Source: Bacillus subtilis subsp. subtilis str. 168 (GTDB lineage: Bacteria; Bacillota; Bacilli; Bacillales; Bacillaceae). Taken from it: 64,000 nt of DNA. Each line of letters starts with the position of its first letter. Within the stretch, counting starts at the first letter, position 1. The position numbers and the translations under genes are program-made. The stretch is taken from contig NC_000964.3 of the NCBI RefSeq assembly GCF_000009045.1, positions 3,100,001-3,164,000 of the forward strand. The letters are read 5' to 3'. This document shows, in pieces, positions 1-9,396 of the stretch. A model generated the notes under the pieces. It was not told where the DNA came from. It worked only from the letters and a program-made list of their open reading frames with translations, and did no database searches.

Positions 1-34
1 GTACTTTAAAAGAAAGGAGACGGAAATGTCATGA
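1..34 (+). CDS. melD: 3' end of the upstream sugar ABC permease (partial)
   Basis: Frame from nt 2 reads YFKRKETEMS* (TGA 32-34) with an ATGA overlap onto the next permease; identity inferred from mel operon order. Confidence 0.65.
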   Translation, partial: YFKRKETEMS

Positions 35-861
35 GAGCCGCCCGTACAAAAAGCATGCGGATCATTACGCTTCTTGCAGCCATTGTGGCCTGTGCGCATT
101 TTATTCCTTTTTATATCCTGCTGACCACTTCATTGAAAGCAAAAGGAGACTACAGTTCGAAATGGATATTTCCAGCCGACATCTCCTTTCATAATTTTTC
201 AGAGGCGTGGGAGCGCGCTTCGCTAGGAAACTCTTTTATAAACACCATGATCATCACAGGTTTTTCTGCCTTGTTATTAATTATATTCGGCTCACTTGCC
301 GCCTACCCGCTTGCCCGGCGGGAAACGAAACTGAATAAAGCCGTTTTTGCCTTGCTGATTTCCATTATGATCATCCCTCCGTTAACGTCCATGGTTCCTT
401 TGTACCGAATGGTCGTGGACGCCGGAATGGTCAATACACACGCAATCGCCATTTTCATCAATACAGCGGCTTACATGCCGTTAACCGTATTCTTATATTC
501 AGGCTTTATCCGATCGACCATTCCAAAAGAGCTTGTAGAAGCCGCAAGAATTGACGGTGCAGGCATGCTGAAAATCTTTTTTACGATTGTGTTTCCTCTG
601 CTGAAGCCGATCACTGCGACCATCTGTATCATTTCTTGTGTCTTTATTTGGAACGACTATCAATTTGCCATTTTCTTTTTACAAGATCAAAAGGTTCAGA
701 CATTAACAGTAGCCATGGCAGGTTTTTTCGGAGAAAACGCAAACAACCTTCATTTAGTTGCCGCAGCGGCACTTATGGCAATGCTGCCGATGGTTGTTCT
801 GTTTTTGGCGCTGCAAAAATACTTTATTGCCGGCCTGTCTTCCGGAGCGGTAAAGGGTTAA
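31..861 (+). CDS. melC: Carbohydrate ABC transporter permease (MalG type; amyC/msmG)
   Basis: 276 aa, multiple TM helices, EAA motif (ELVEAARIDGA), SD AAAGGAG; directly upstream of an alpha-galactosidase. Confidence 0.9.
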   Translation: MRAARTKSMRIITLLAAIVACAHFIPFYILLTTSLKAKGDYSSKWIFPADISFHNFSEAWERASLGNSFINTMIITGFSALLLIIFGSLAAYPLARRETKLNKAVFALLISIMIIPPLTSMVPLYRMVVDAGMVNTHAIAIFINTAAYMPLTVFLYSGFIRSTIPKELVEAARIDGAGMLKIFFTIVFPLLKPITATICIISCVFIWNDYQFAIFFLQDQKVQTLTVAMAGFFGENANNLHLVAAAALMAMLPMVVLFLALQKYFIAGLSSGAVKG

Positions 862-880
862 CATTAAAGGGGGAAGCAAT

Positions 881-2179
881 ATGAAAAAGATTACATTTAT
901 CGGTGCAGGGAGCACGATTTTCGCCAAAAATGTTTTGGGAGACTGCCTGTTAACAGAGGCACTGAATGGATTTGAGTTCGCTCTTTACGACATTGATCCC
1001 AAACGCCTGCAGGAATCCCAGCTCATGCTCGAAAATCTAAGAGACCGTTATAACCCAAGTGTGGCCATCAACAGCTATGATGACAGAAAACTCGCCTTGC
1101 AAAACGCAGGCTATGTCATCAATGCGATTCAGGTTGGAGGATACAAACCGAGCACAGTCATCGATTTCGAGATTCCTAAACGGTATGGGCTGCGCCAGAC
1201 GATCGCCGATACAGTAGGCATCGGCGGGATATTCAGATCTCTCAGAACAATCCCGGTCTTATTTGATATCGCAAAAGATATGGAGGAAATGTGCCCTGAC
1301 GCATGGTTCTTAAACTATACAAATCCAATGGCCACTCTTACAGGCGCCATGCTCCGCTATACCAATATCAAAACAATCGGGCTCTGCCACAGTGTTCAAG
1401 TGTGCACGAAGGATTTATTTAAAGCTCTCGGAATGGAGCATGACGGAATTGAGGAACGCATTGCGGGCATTAATCATATGGCTTGGCTTTTGGAAGTCAA
1501 AAAAGACGGCACAGATTTATATCCAGAAATCAAAAGGAGAGCGAAAGAAAAACAAAAAACAAAGCATCATGATATGGTGCGGTTTGAATTAATGGATAAG
1601 TTCGGCTATTATGTCACGGAATCGTCCGAACATAACGCAGAGTATCACCCGTACTTTATTAAACGGAATTACCCTGAACTGATCAGCGAGCTGCAAATCC
1701 CGCTCGACGAATATCCGAGAAGGTGCGTCAAGCAGATTGAAAATTGGGAGAAAATGCGGGATGATATCGTCAATAATAAAAACCTTACGCACGAACGCTC
1801 AAAGGAATATGGTTCAAGAATTATAGAAGCAATGGAAACAAACGAACCATTCACCTTCGGAGGAAACGTCTTGAATACAGGGCTGATCACCAACCTTCCT
1901 TCAAAAGCGGTTGTGGAAGTGACATGCGTCGCCGACAGAAAAAAAATTACACCGTGCTTCGCCGGAGAACTGCCTGAGCAGCTTGCAGCCTTAAACCGGA
2001 CGAATATTAATACACAGCTGATGACAATCGAAGCGGCTGTCACACGAAAAAAAGAAGCGGTTTACCAAGCTGCAATGCTTGATCCGCATACAAGCGCGGA
2101 GCTTTCCATGAAGGACATCATCTCCATGTGCGACGATTTATTTGCAGCACACGGCGATTGGCTTCCGGAATACAAATAA
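881..2179 (+). CDS. melA: NAD+-dependent alpha-galactosidase (GH4)
   Basis: 432 aa; N-terminal IGAGS Rossmann motif, GH4 motifs NYTNP, GLCHS and GINH. Confidence 0.95.
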   Translation: MKKITFIGAGSTIFAKNVLGDCLLTEALNGFEFALYDIDPKRLQESQLMLENLRDRYNPSVAINSYDDRKLALQNAGYVINAIQVGGYKPSTVIDFEIPKRYGLRQTIADTVGIGGIFRSLRTIPVLFDIAKDMEEMCPDAWFLNYTNPMATLTGAMLRYTNIKTIGLCHSVQVCTKDLFKALGMEHDGIEERIAGINHMAWLLEVKKDGTDLYPEIKRRAKEKQKTKHHDMVRFELMDKFGYYVTESSEHNAEYHPYFIKRNYPELISELQIPLDEYPRRCVKQIENWEKMRDDIVNNKNLTHERSKEYGSRIIEAMETNEPFTFGGNVLNTGLITNLPSKAVVEVTCVADRKKITPCFAGELPEQLAALNRTNINTQLMTIEAAVTRKKEAVYQAAMLDPHTSAELSMKDIISMCDDLFAAHGDWLPEYK

Positions 2180-2209
2180 AAACTAGGGGACCGCTCTCCC
2201 CTAGTTTTT
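2178..2209. terminator. Bidirectional intrinsic terminator melA/ytwF
   Basis: AAAAACTAGGGGA-ccgctc-TCCCCTAGTTTTT, perfect 13-bp inverted repeat overlapping both stop codons. Confidence 0.9.
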
Positions 2210-2512
2210 TGGTTTTGTTTCGCCTTCCCAGGCCATCATGCCGCCTTCAACATTGACTGTTTTAAAGCCTTGCTCATCCAGGTACTTGCAGACGTTCATG
2301 CTGCGCATTCCTGAGCGGCAGATAAATACGTACTCTTTGTCTTTATCAAGGGTTTCCATTTTTTCAGGAATATCCCCCATGCGAATATGAACGGCTTGCG
2401 GGATCATGCCTTCCGCTACCTCTTCATCTTCTCTGACATCAATTAAATATAATTCTTCGTCCGCCTCAATTTTTTCTTTCAAAGCGGCTGTGCTGATTTC
2501 TTTTATTTCCAA
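2201..2512 (-). CDS. ytwF: Single-domain rhodanese/sulfurtransferase
   Basis: IDVRE and CRSGMRS active-site loop; TTG start at 2512 chosen because SD AGGAG (2521-2525) overlaps the ORF-track start; 103 aa. Confidence 0.85.
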   Translation of the reverse strand: MEIKEISTAALKEKIEADEELYLIDVREDEEVAEGMIPQAVHIRMGDIPEKMETLDKDKEYVFICRSGMRSMNVCKYLDEQGFKTVNVEGGMMAWEGETKPKN

Positions 2513-2590
2513 AGAAAACACTCCTATTCACAGTGATCATGTTCAGTATATCAAAGTCAGCCGAACGATTGCTATTCTGAGACTGATGAA

Positions 2591-2622
2591 AAAAAATCCC
2601 CTTTTGGCAAAGGGGATTTTTT
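2591..2622 (-). terminator. leuS intrinsic terminator
   Basis: AAAAAATCCCCTTT-tggc-AAAGGGGATTTTTT, 14-bp inverted repeat just after the leuS stop. Confidence 0.9.
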
Positions 2623-2628
2623 CTAGGC

Positions 2629-5043
2629 TTAGTTTGCCACAATATTGACAAGCTTCCCAGGCACCGCGATGATTTTCCGAATCGTTTTGCCTTCAAGCTG
2701 CTCTTTGACCTTTTCATCTGCTTGAGCAAGCTGTTCCAGCTGTTCTTTCGTTGCATCGGCAGGAACCTGTAATTTCGCTTTTACTTTTCCGTTCAGCTGA
2801 ACAACGATTTCAACTTCATCATCCACAAGTTTTGTTTCATCATATACAGGCCAAGCTTCGTAGGCAATTGTGCCGGAATGGCCAAGCTTCTCCCATAGCT
2901 CTTCCGCTAAGTGTGGCGCGACAGGAGAAAGAAGCTTCACGAAGCCTTCCATATATTCTTTCGGCAGTTCTGTTGCTTTATAAGCTTCATTAATAAAGAC
3001 CATCAGCTGGGAAATACCCGTGTTGAAACGAAGGCCTTCATAATGGTCTGTGACTTTCATGACCGTTTCATGATAGACGCGCTCCAATGTTTCACCCGCG
3101 CCTTCAACGATTTTTCCATTAAGCTCACCGCTGTCTTCAATAAATAGGCGCCATACACGGTCAAGGAAACGGCGCGCACCGTCTAATCCTGATTCAGACC
3201 AGGCGATTGAAGCATCAAGAGGTCCCATGAACATTTCGTACAATCTCAGCGTATCAGCACCGTGAGAGGCCACGATTTCGTCAGGATTGACAACGTTCCC
3301 TTTAGATTTACTCATTTTTTCGTTGTTTTCGCCGAGAATCATTCCTTGGTTGTACAGCTTTTGGAACGGTTCTTTCGTCGGCACTACGCCGATATCATAA
3401 AGGAACTTATGCCAGAAGCGGGCATACAGAAGGTGAAGCACGGCATGTTCTGCACCGCCGATATACATATCGACCGGAAGCCATTTTTCCAATTTTTCTG
3501 GTGATGCCAGCTGATCCGGATTGTGCGGATCAATATAGCGCAAGAAATACCAGCAGCTTCCCGCCCATTGCGGCATTGTATTCGTTTCTCTTCTTCCTTT
3601 TTTCCCTGTCTCAGGGTCTGTGACTTCCACCCACTCTTTAATGTTCGCAAGCGGTGATTCGCCCGTTCCGCTCGGTTTGATTTCATCCGTTTTTGGCAAA
3701 ATCAGCGGCAGCTCCTCTTCCGGGACAGCTGTTGACGTTCCGTCTTCCCAATGAATGACCGGAATCGGCTCGCCCCAATAACGCTGGCGGCTGAAGAGCC
3801 AGTCACGAAGACGGTACGTCACTTTCTTCTCACCGTTTTTCGTTTCTTCCAGCCAAGCGATCACTTTTTCAATCGCTTCCTGTTTGTGAAGGCCGTTCAG
3901 GAAATCAGAGTTCACGTGCTCGCCGTCGCCAGTATAGGCTGCTTCCTCAACGTTCCCGCCTTTTACGACTTCCTTCACCGGAAGGCCGAATGTTTTGGCG
4001 AATTCAAAATCACGCTCATCGTGTCCTGGAACTGCCATGACAGCACCTGTTCCGTATGATGCAAGAACATAATCCGCAATCCAAATCGGCAGTTTTTCTC
4101 CGTTTACAGGATTGATCGCATACGCTCCTGTAAATACGCCTGTCTTTGTTTTCGCAAGATCTGTGCGTTCTAGGTCACTCTTTGATTGAATTTCTTTGAT
4201 ATAAGCTTCAACAGCTTCTTTTTGCTCTGCCGTTGTGATGTTTTCCACCAATGCGTGTTCCGGGGCAAGGACAGTGTATGTAGCGCCAAACAGCGTATCT
4301 GGTCTTGTTGTAAACACTGTAAAGGAATCATCATGTCCATCTATAGCAAAATGAACGTGAGCGCCTTCCGAACGGCCGATCCAGTTGCGCTGCATATCTT
4401 TAATGCTTTCCGGCCAATCAAGCTCTTCCAAGTCCTCAAGGAGCCTGTCCGCATAAGCGGTGATTTTCAGCATCCACTGCTTCATTGGGCGTCTCTCTAC
4501 CGGATGGCCGCCGCGTTCGCTCTTGCCGTCAATGACTTCTTCGTTGGCAAGAACAGTACCGAGCGCAGGGCACCAGTTTACAGGCACTTCGTCAACGTAA
4601 GCAAGGCCTTTTTCGTATAGCTTTAAGAAAATCCATTGCGTCCATTTATAGTATTCAGGGTCAGTCGTATTGATTTCGCGATCCCAGTCATATGAGAAGC
4701 CAAGCGCTTGAATTTGGCGGCGGAAGTTATCAATATTCTGCTTCGTAAACACAGCGGGGTCGTTCCCTGTGTCAAGCGCGTACTGTTCAGCTGGCAGGCC
4801 GAATGCGTCCCAGCCCATTGGATGAAGGACATCATAGCCCTGCATGCGCTTCATGCGGGACAGAATATCCGTAGCTGTGTATCCTTCAGGATGGCCGACG
4901 TGCAACCCAGCTCCAGACGGATAAGGAAACATGTCCAGCGCGTAAAATTTTTGTTTTTCATTATTATCAAGAGTGGCAAATGTTTTGTTTTCAAGCCAAT
5001 ATGTCTGCCATTTCTTTTCTATCTCTTTGTGCTGAAAACTCAA
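2629..5043 (-). CDS. leuS: Leucyl-tRNA synthetase
   Basis: 804 aa; class I HIGH ([12 protein letters not shown]) and KMSKS motifs; TTG start with SD AGAAGGAGG. Confidence 0.98.
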   Translation of the reverse strand: MSFQHKEIEKKWQTYWLENKTFATLDNNEKQKFYALDMFPYPSGAGLHVGHPEGYTATDILSRMKRMQGYDVLHPMGWDAFGLPAEQYALDTGNDPAVFTKQNIDNFRRQIQALGFSYDWDREINTTDPEYYKWTQWIFLKLYEKGLAYVDEVPVNWCPALGTVLANEEVIDGKSERGGHPVERRPMKQWMLKITAYADRLLEDLEELDWPESIKDMQRNWIGRSEGAHVHFAIDGHDDSFTVFTTRPDTLFGATYTVLAPEHALVENITTAEQKEAVEAYIKEIQSKSDLERTDLAKTKTGVFTGAYAINPVNGEKLPIWIADYVLASYGTGAVMAVPGHDERDFEFAKTFGLPVKEVVKGGNVEEAAYTGDGEHVNSDFLNGLHKQEAIEKVIAWLEETKNGEKKVTYRLRDWLFSRQRYWGEPIPVIHWEDGTSTAVPEEELPLILPKTDEIKPSGTGESPLANIKEWVEVTDPETGKKGRRETNTMPQWAGSCWYFLRYIDPHNPDQLASPEKLEKWLPVDMYIGGAEHAVLHLLYARFWHKFLYDIGVVPTKEPFQKLYNQGMILGENNEKMSKSKGNVVNPDEIVASHGADTLRLYEMFMGPLDASIAWSESGLDGARRFLDRVWRLFIEDSGELNGKIVEGAGETLERVYHETVMKVTDHYEGLRFNTGISQLMVFINEAYKATELPKEYMEGFVKLLSPVAPHLAEELWEKLGHSGTIAYEAWPVYDETKLVDDEVEIVVQLNGKVKAKLQVPADATKEQLEQLAQADEKVKEQLEGKTIRKIIAVPGKLVNIVAN

Positions 5044-5131
5044 AGTAAAAACCTCCTTCTGATTGAATACGGCGTGTATGGTTCAAGTATTGACGGGAAG
5101 GAGAGGATTATATTCAGAATATTCCCAAACT

Positions 5132-5380
5132 AAAAAAAACTCCCTCATCCCAAAAAGGGACGAGAGACTTTCGTTTTCCCGCGGTACCACCCTCGTTAGC
5201 GCGGCATACGCCGCACTCACTTGATACTTTTAACGCAGTTATGCGTCAGCGGCTTTTCACCGCTGCAACTCTGAGGTGAGTTCGGAAACAAACTTGATTG
5301 ACTTTCACCAGCCGTCAACTCTCTGCAACAATATCTGTTTCTTACTGCTCCTCTTCATTGTTCTTATCGCAACCGTAATC
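5132..5380 (-). ncRNA. Leu T-box riboswitch leader (cis-regulatory)
   Basis: T-box AACGAGGGTGGTACCGCG (5180-5197); AG box GCAGAGAG and GGCTGGTGAAAG in stem I; specifier GAA-CUC-A (CUC = Leu, 5278-5280); terminator hairpin with U-tract at 5132-5168. Confidence 0.95.
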
Positions 5381-5387
5381 TAACTGT

Positions 5388-5416
5388 ATTTTATAGAATT
5401 CTGTTCATAAGTGCAA
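5388..5416 (-). promoter_or_regulatory. sigA promoter of the leuS leader
   Basis: TTGCAC-17-TAAAAT. Confidence 0.8.
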
Positions 5417-5469
5417 GCAGGTTTGTATACAATGGGAATGTACCCTGAACGGGCGGAGATTGAGGACAA

Positions 5470-5805
5470 TTATTCGGGTGGAGTTTTGGTTTGACGTTTG
5501 GACTCGGCCGGTTCGCCGCCGCTGTTCAGTTCTCTCACAAAGTCAAAACTTCTGAGAACAGCTTCACCGCCGTAGCCTGAGATAATGGATAAGATGACAA
5601 GTTGAATTCCTGAATCGGGGTCAGCGGATAATACAAGTAAAATGGAAGCCGTCATGCCGATAAACCAATCTTCCAAAAATCCAAGGTAGATAAACCGCTT
5701 CGTCATTCTGGGCTTCTCCAGCCTGCCTCTCTTTTTCACATGACCGAGAATCCCCATGATTCCTCCAATTACACAAGCAATGAGTACCTGATGCAGCATC
5801 TTCAT
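5470..5805 (-). CDS. ytvB: Small membrane protein of unknown function
   Basis: Hydrophobic segments; SD AGGAAGGTG precedes the MKMLHQ starts, so the 45-aa N-terminal extension in the ORF track is unlikely. Confidence 0.8.
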   Translation of the reverse strand: MKMLHQVLIACVIGGIMGILGHVKKRGRLEKPRMTKRFIYLGFLEDWFIGMTASILLVLSADPDSGIQLVILSIISGYGGEAVLRSFDFVRELNSGGEPAESKRQTKTPPE

Positions 5806-6105
5806 CATCACCTTCCTAAAGCCCTTATTTCGTAAAGCGACTTCAGGCCATCCAGCCCCCTTAAACGATTCCGATGATTTTCGATATCTACATACCGGCA
5901 AATCTGTAAAAAGCTTGTTTCTTCCATTATATGTGAACACATGATCGGTAAGCTTGATGCATTGGATTCATTTTTCACCCAGTGACATTGACCTAGTCAC
6001 CTATTTAGCATGTAGAAAACCTTTCCGTTCATATGTTCAAATTCTGTTCTTATTTTTAGTGTATACGAGGACAAGCCCTAATGACAAACAACAAACTGCA
6101 CTTGC

Positions 6106-6134
6106 TTGAATCAGAACATGTGTTGTGCTACGGT
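6106..6134 (+). promoter_or_regulatory. Candidate sigA promoter of ytvA
   Basis: TTGAAT-17-TACGGT with TGTG upstream of the -10. Confidence 0.4.
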
Positions 6135-6209
6135 TACTGTAGAATTCATTTTTAAAAAGGGGAATATCAGGCTTTCGCATAGCAAGCTGACGGCCTAAGG
6201 GGGATTTAT

Positions 6210-6995
6210 ATGGCTAGTTTTCAATCATTTGGGATACCAGGACAGCTGGAAGTCATCAAAAAAGCACTTGATCACGTGCGAGTCGGTGTGGTAATTACAG
6301 ATCCCGCACTTGAAGATAATCCTATTGTCTACGTAAATCAAGGCTTTGTTCAAATGACCGGCTACGAGACCGAGGAAATTTTAGGAAAGAACTGTCGCTT
6401 CTTACAGGGGAAACACACAGATCCTGCAGAAGTGGACAACATCAGAACCGCTTTACAAAATAAAGAACCGGTCACCGTTCAGATCCAAAACTACAAAAAA
6501 GACGGAACGATGTTCTGGAATGAATTAAATATTGATCCAATGGAAATAGAGGATAAAACGTATTTTGTCGGAATTCAGAATGATATCACCAAGCAAAAAG
6601 AATATGAAAAGCTTCTCGAGGATTCCCTCACGGAAATTACTGCACTTTCAACTCCTATTGTCCCGATTCGCAATGGCATTTCGGCTCTTCCGCTAGTCGG
6701 AAACCTGACAGAGGAGCGATTTAATTCCATCGTTTGCACATTGACGAATATCTTATCAACATCCAAAGATGATTATTTGATCATTGATTTATCCGGATTG
6801 GCCCAAGTGAACGAACAAACGGCCGACCAAATTTTCAAGCTGAGCCATTTGCTGAAATTGACCGGAACTGAGTTAATCATTACTGGCATTAAGCCTGAAT
6901 TGGCTATGAAAATGAATAAACTGGATGCCAATTTTTCGTCGCTGAAAACATATTCAAATGTAAAGGATGCCGTTAAAGTGCTTCCGATTATGTAA
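6210..6995 (+). CDS. ytvA: Blue-light photoreceptor, LOV-STAS stressosome protein
   Basis: LOV signature GKNCRFLQG; C-terminal STAS (IIDLSGL); 261 aa. Confidence 0.97.
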
Positions 6996-7024
6996 AAAGA
7001 TCCCGCTCACCCAGCTGGATCTTT
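6996..7024. repeat. Left copy of a 29-bp direct repeat (decayed terminator)
   Basis: AAAGATCCCGCTCACCCAGCTGGATCTTT, 25/29 identical to 7201-7229. Confidence 0.9.
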
Positions 7025-7200
7025 CAGATTGTTGACAAAATCCTAAAATGGTTTTCATTTTAGGATTTTGTCATCTTTTCAGCGTGATTGAAAACCCTTG
7101 AAGTCTAGGAAGGACGAGCATAGGAGCGGAGCGAATGTTCTAATTCGTGAGCACCGAAGCGCAGGCCTGACAACGAATGCGAGGGTTTGTCGACACGCTG
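7025..7200. mobile_element. 176-bp non-coding MITE-like/interspersed repeat element
   Basis: Imperfect terminal inverted repeats (CAGATTGTTGACAAA vs reverse complement of right end CAGCGTGTCGACAAA, 12/15); perfect internal 18-bp IR (7033-7050/7056-7073); ~120-nt rod-like IR module (7080-7200); flanked by 29-bp direct repeats. Confidence 0.75.
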
Positions 7201-7230
7201 AAAGATCCCGCTCATTCGGCGGGATCTTTT
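7201..7230. terminator. Bidirectional terminator ytvA/yttB (right copy of the 29-bp repeat)
   Basis: AAAGATCCCGC-tcattcg-GCGGGATCTTT(T), perfect 11-bp stem. Confidence 0.9.
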
Positions 7231-7231
7231 A

Positions 7232-8425
7232 TTATGAAGAGATTGATGCCTGCTTATTTGTTTCTTTAGCTGATTTTATCCGTTTGTCATATAGAAGCGT
7301 TGTGGCAATACTGATCAGCAGCAATACCAACAGAGATAAAACAAGAGCCCTAATGCCGTAATGATCGACAAGCACTCCTCCGAACAGGGGACCAATCATT
7401 CTGCCGCCTGTCGCCGCACTGTTGACAAAGCCTTGATAAAAGCCTTCTTTCCCTTTAGGGGCAAGCTGATTGGCAATAGTCGGCACAGCAGGCCAAACAA
7501 GCATTTCTCCGATAGTCAGGATCACCATCGCAGCGAGAAACATCGGAAATTGCTTTGCAGTCAGCAGCATGCTGAAAGACACAATAAAAATGATAAAGCC
7601 GATGACCATTTGCGCTTTTAGCGACTCGGCCCATTTTTTCACCACAAAACTGACGAGCGGCTGGCCGAGCACAATGAGAATTCCGTTAACCGTCCACAGC
7701 ACGCTGTATAAGGAAAGAGATATTCCAATGCTTTGTGTGTACGAAGCAATTGTGGTTGACCACTGAGAATAAGCCAGCCATCCGAGTACATAGCCTCCGC
7801 TTAAAATGATCAGTGCGGCAAATTTTGCTTTGCTGTTCACAGCATCATAATCAAGCACGGATGTTTGGGATGCATCGCCCGTTTGAATATTTCGAAATCC
7901 GAAATATACAATAAAGAAAAAGATCAGATACAATACGGCATTTGCCAAAAATACATATGAAAACGAGAAAGATGCCACGACACCGCCAAGCGCTGAACCA
8001 ACGGCCACGCCCGCGTTTTGCGCGACATATATCGCATTAAATGCCTTCCTTCCCCCTTCAGGCCATACCGATCCCGCCATTGCGTAGCTTGCCGGAAAAA
8101 CAACACCGGAGCCAAAGCCCACAATCGTCAGCAGCACAATATAGGCTGGCCAATCATGAAAAAAGACAAGACCCATCAGGCTTGCTAACGTAATGGCTAT
8201 CCCAAGCATAATCGATTTAAAACCGCCGATTTTATCAAACAAAAAACCTCCGCATAAATTGCCAGCCACACTGGCGCCGGAATTCAGCATCAGGACAAGT
8301 CCGGCTACTGTTAACGACTTTCCTAAATGATTATGGATATAAATCGTATTCAGCGGCCATAAAAAAGAAGCACCCGTCACATTGATAAACATTCCAATGA
8401 CTAAAATTTTAAGAGCACGCGGCAT
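7232..8425 (-). CDS. yttB: MFS transporter
   Basis: About 12 TM helices, MFS motif-A-like GGFLFDKIG; start at second ATG (8425) based on spacing from SD GGGGGA. Confidence 0.85.
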   Translation of the reverse strand: MPRALKILVIGMFINVTGASFLWPLNTIYIHNHLGKSLTVAGLVLMLNSGASVAGNLCGGFLFDKIGGFKSIMLGIAITLASLMGLVFFHDWPAYIVLLTIVGFGSGVVFPASYAMAGSVWPEGGRKAFNAIYVAQNAGVAVGSALGGVVASFSFSYVFLANAVLYLIFFFIVYFGFRNIQTGDASQTSVLDYDAVNSKAKFAALIILSGGYVLGWLAYSQWSTTIASYTQSIGISLSLYSVLWTVNGILIVLGQPLVSFVVKKWAESLKAQMVIGFIIFIVSFSMLLTAKQFPMFLAAMVILTIGEMLVWPAVPTIANQLAPKGKEGFYQGFVNSAATGGRMIGPLFGGVLVDHYGIRALVLSLLVLLLISIATTLLYDKRIKSAKETNKQASISS

Positions 8426-8550
8426 ACTCATCCCCCTTTCTTACCTAAAAAAGCTCATGAAAAAAACGAAACCTAAAACGGCTCCGTACGAATCCAGTTA
8501 TCATAGCACATTCATTCTATCTGTCTCTCTCACATTTTTCAACTGATGAG

Positions 8551-8567
8551 CGTGAAAAAATCTAACA
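8551..8567. promoter_or_regulatory. Candidate TnrA box upstream of yttA
   Basis: CGTGA-N7-TAACA, one mismatch to TGTNA-N7-TNACA. Confidence 0.45.
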
Positions 8568-8613
8568 AATATTGTTTGAAAAATGTAAAATAAATAGAAA
8601 AAGGGGTCATATT

Positions 8614-9360
8614 ATGGAAATGGTATTAGCATTCTTAGGTTTTCTGGCATGTCTCATTGCACTGGGCTATGGATTATATCACCTTGTCAGATATGTACTG
8701 AAAAAGGAAAAACGTTTCTCAAAGAGACTTTTTTGGCCGCTTTTCATTGGAGGCCTTGTGCTGCTCTTTACCGGGGCAGCATTGGCAGAACCTGACACTG
8801 CCGCAGCAAATGCCGAGAAAAAATATTCAGCGCTAAACGCCGAATATAAAAACCTCACAAAAGAGCACGAAGAACTTGAGAAAGAATATAAATCTGTCAG
8901 CTCTGAAGCAAAGAAATTAAAAGACAACAAAGAAGATCAAGACAAGCTTGAGAAGCTTAAAAACGAAAATAGCGATCTAAAAAAGACTCAGAAATCATTA
9001 AAAGCTGAGATTAAAGAGCTTCAAGAAAATCAAAAGCAGCTCAAAGAAGATGCAAAAACGGCAAAGGCTGAAAATGAAACACTTCGACAAGATAAAACAA
9101 AGCTTGAAAATCAATTAAAAGAGACGGAAAGCCAAACCGCCAGCTCTCATGAAGACACTGGAAGTTCTTCAAACAATACGAGTAAAAGTGATGAAACCAA
9201 AACAGCTGACAAAGCAGAAGGCTGTAATATCAAAGGAAGCAGAAACGGCATCTACCACACGCCAGGCAGTACATACTACGACCGGACAACCGATCCGGCT
9301 GAAATGTTTTGCTCAGTTGAAGAAGCTGAAGCCGCCGGTTATCGGGCGCCAAAACGATAA
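8614..9360 (+). CDS. yttA: Membrane-anchored coiled-coil protein with C-terminal Ada-like metal-binding domain
   Basis: Two N-terminal hydrophobic segments, long K/E coiled coil, S/T linker, C-terminal CNIKG..IYH..YY...FCS.EEA..AGYR; SD AAAGGGG before ATG 8614. Confidence 0.8.
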
Positions 9361-9362
9361 AC

Positions 9363-9391
9363 AAAAAGCTCCAGAATGTCTGGAGCTTTTT
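9363..9391. terminator. Bidirectional terminator yttA/bceB
   Basis: AAAAAGCTCCAGA-atg-TCTGGAGCTTTTT. Confidence 0.9.
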
Positions 9392-9396
9392 CTGTT

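Noticed and set aside
4186-5133. 141-144-aa plus-strand ORFs antisense to leuS
   Set aside because: Shadow frames of a conserved gene, with no SD and no recognisable domains.
7098-7361. 87-aa ORF starting inside the repeat element (possible transposase remnant or toxin)
   Set aside because: No SD before the TTG, no transposase or toxin motifs, and it crosses a strong terminator into antisense yttB.
8800-9130. Apparent repetitiveness in yttA as a DNA tandem repeat
   Set aside because: Explained by K/E coiled-coil codon bias; no exact repeat unit found.
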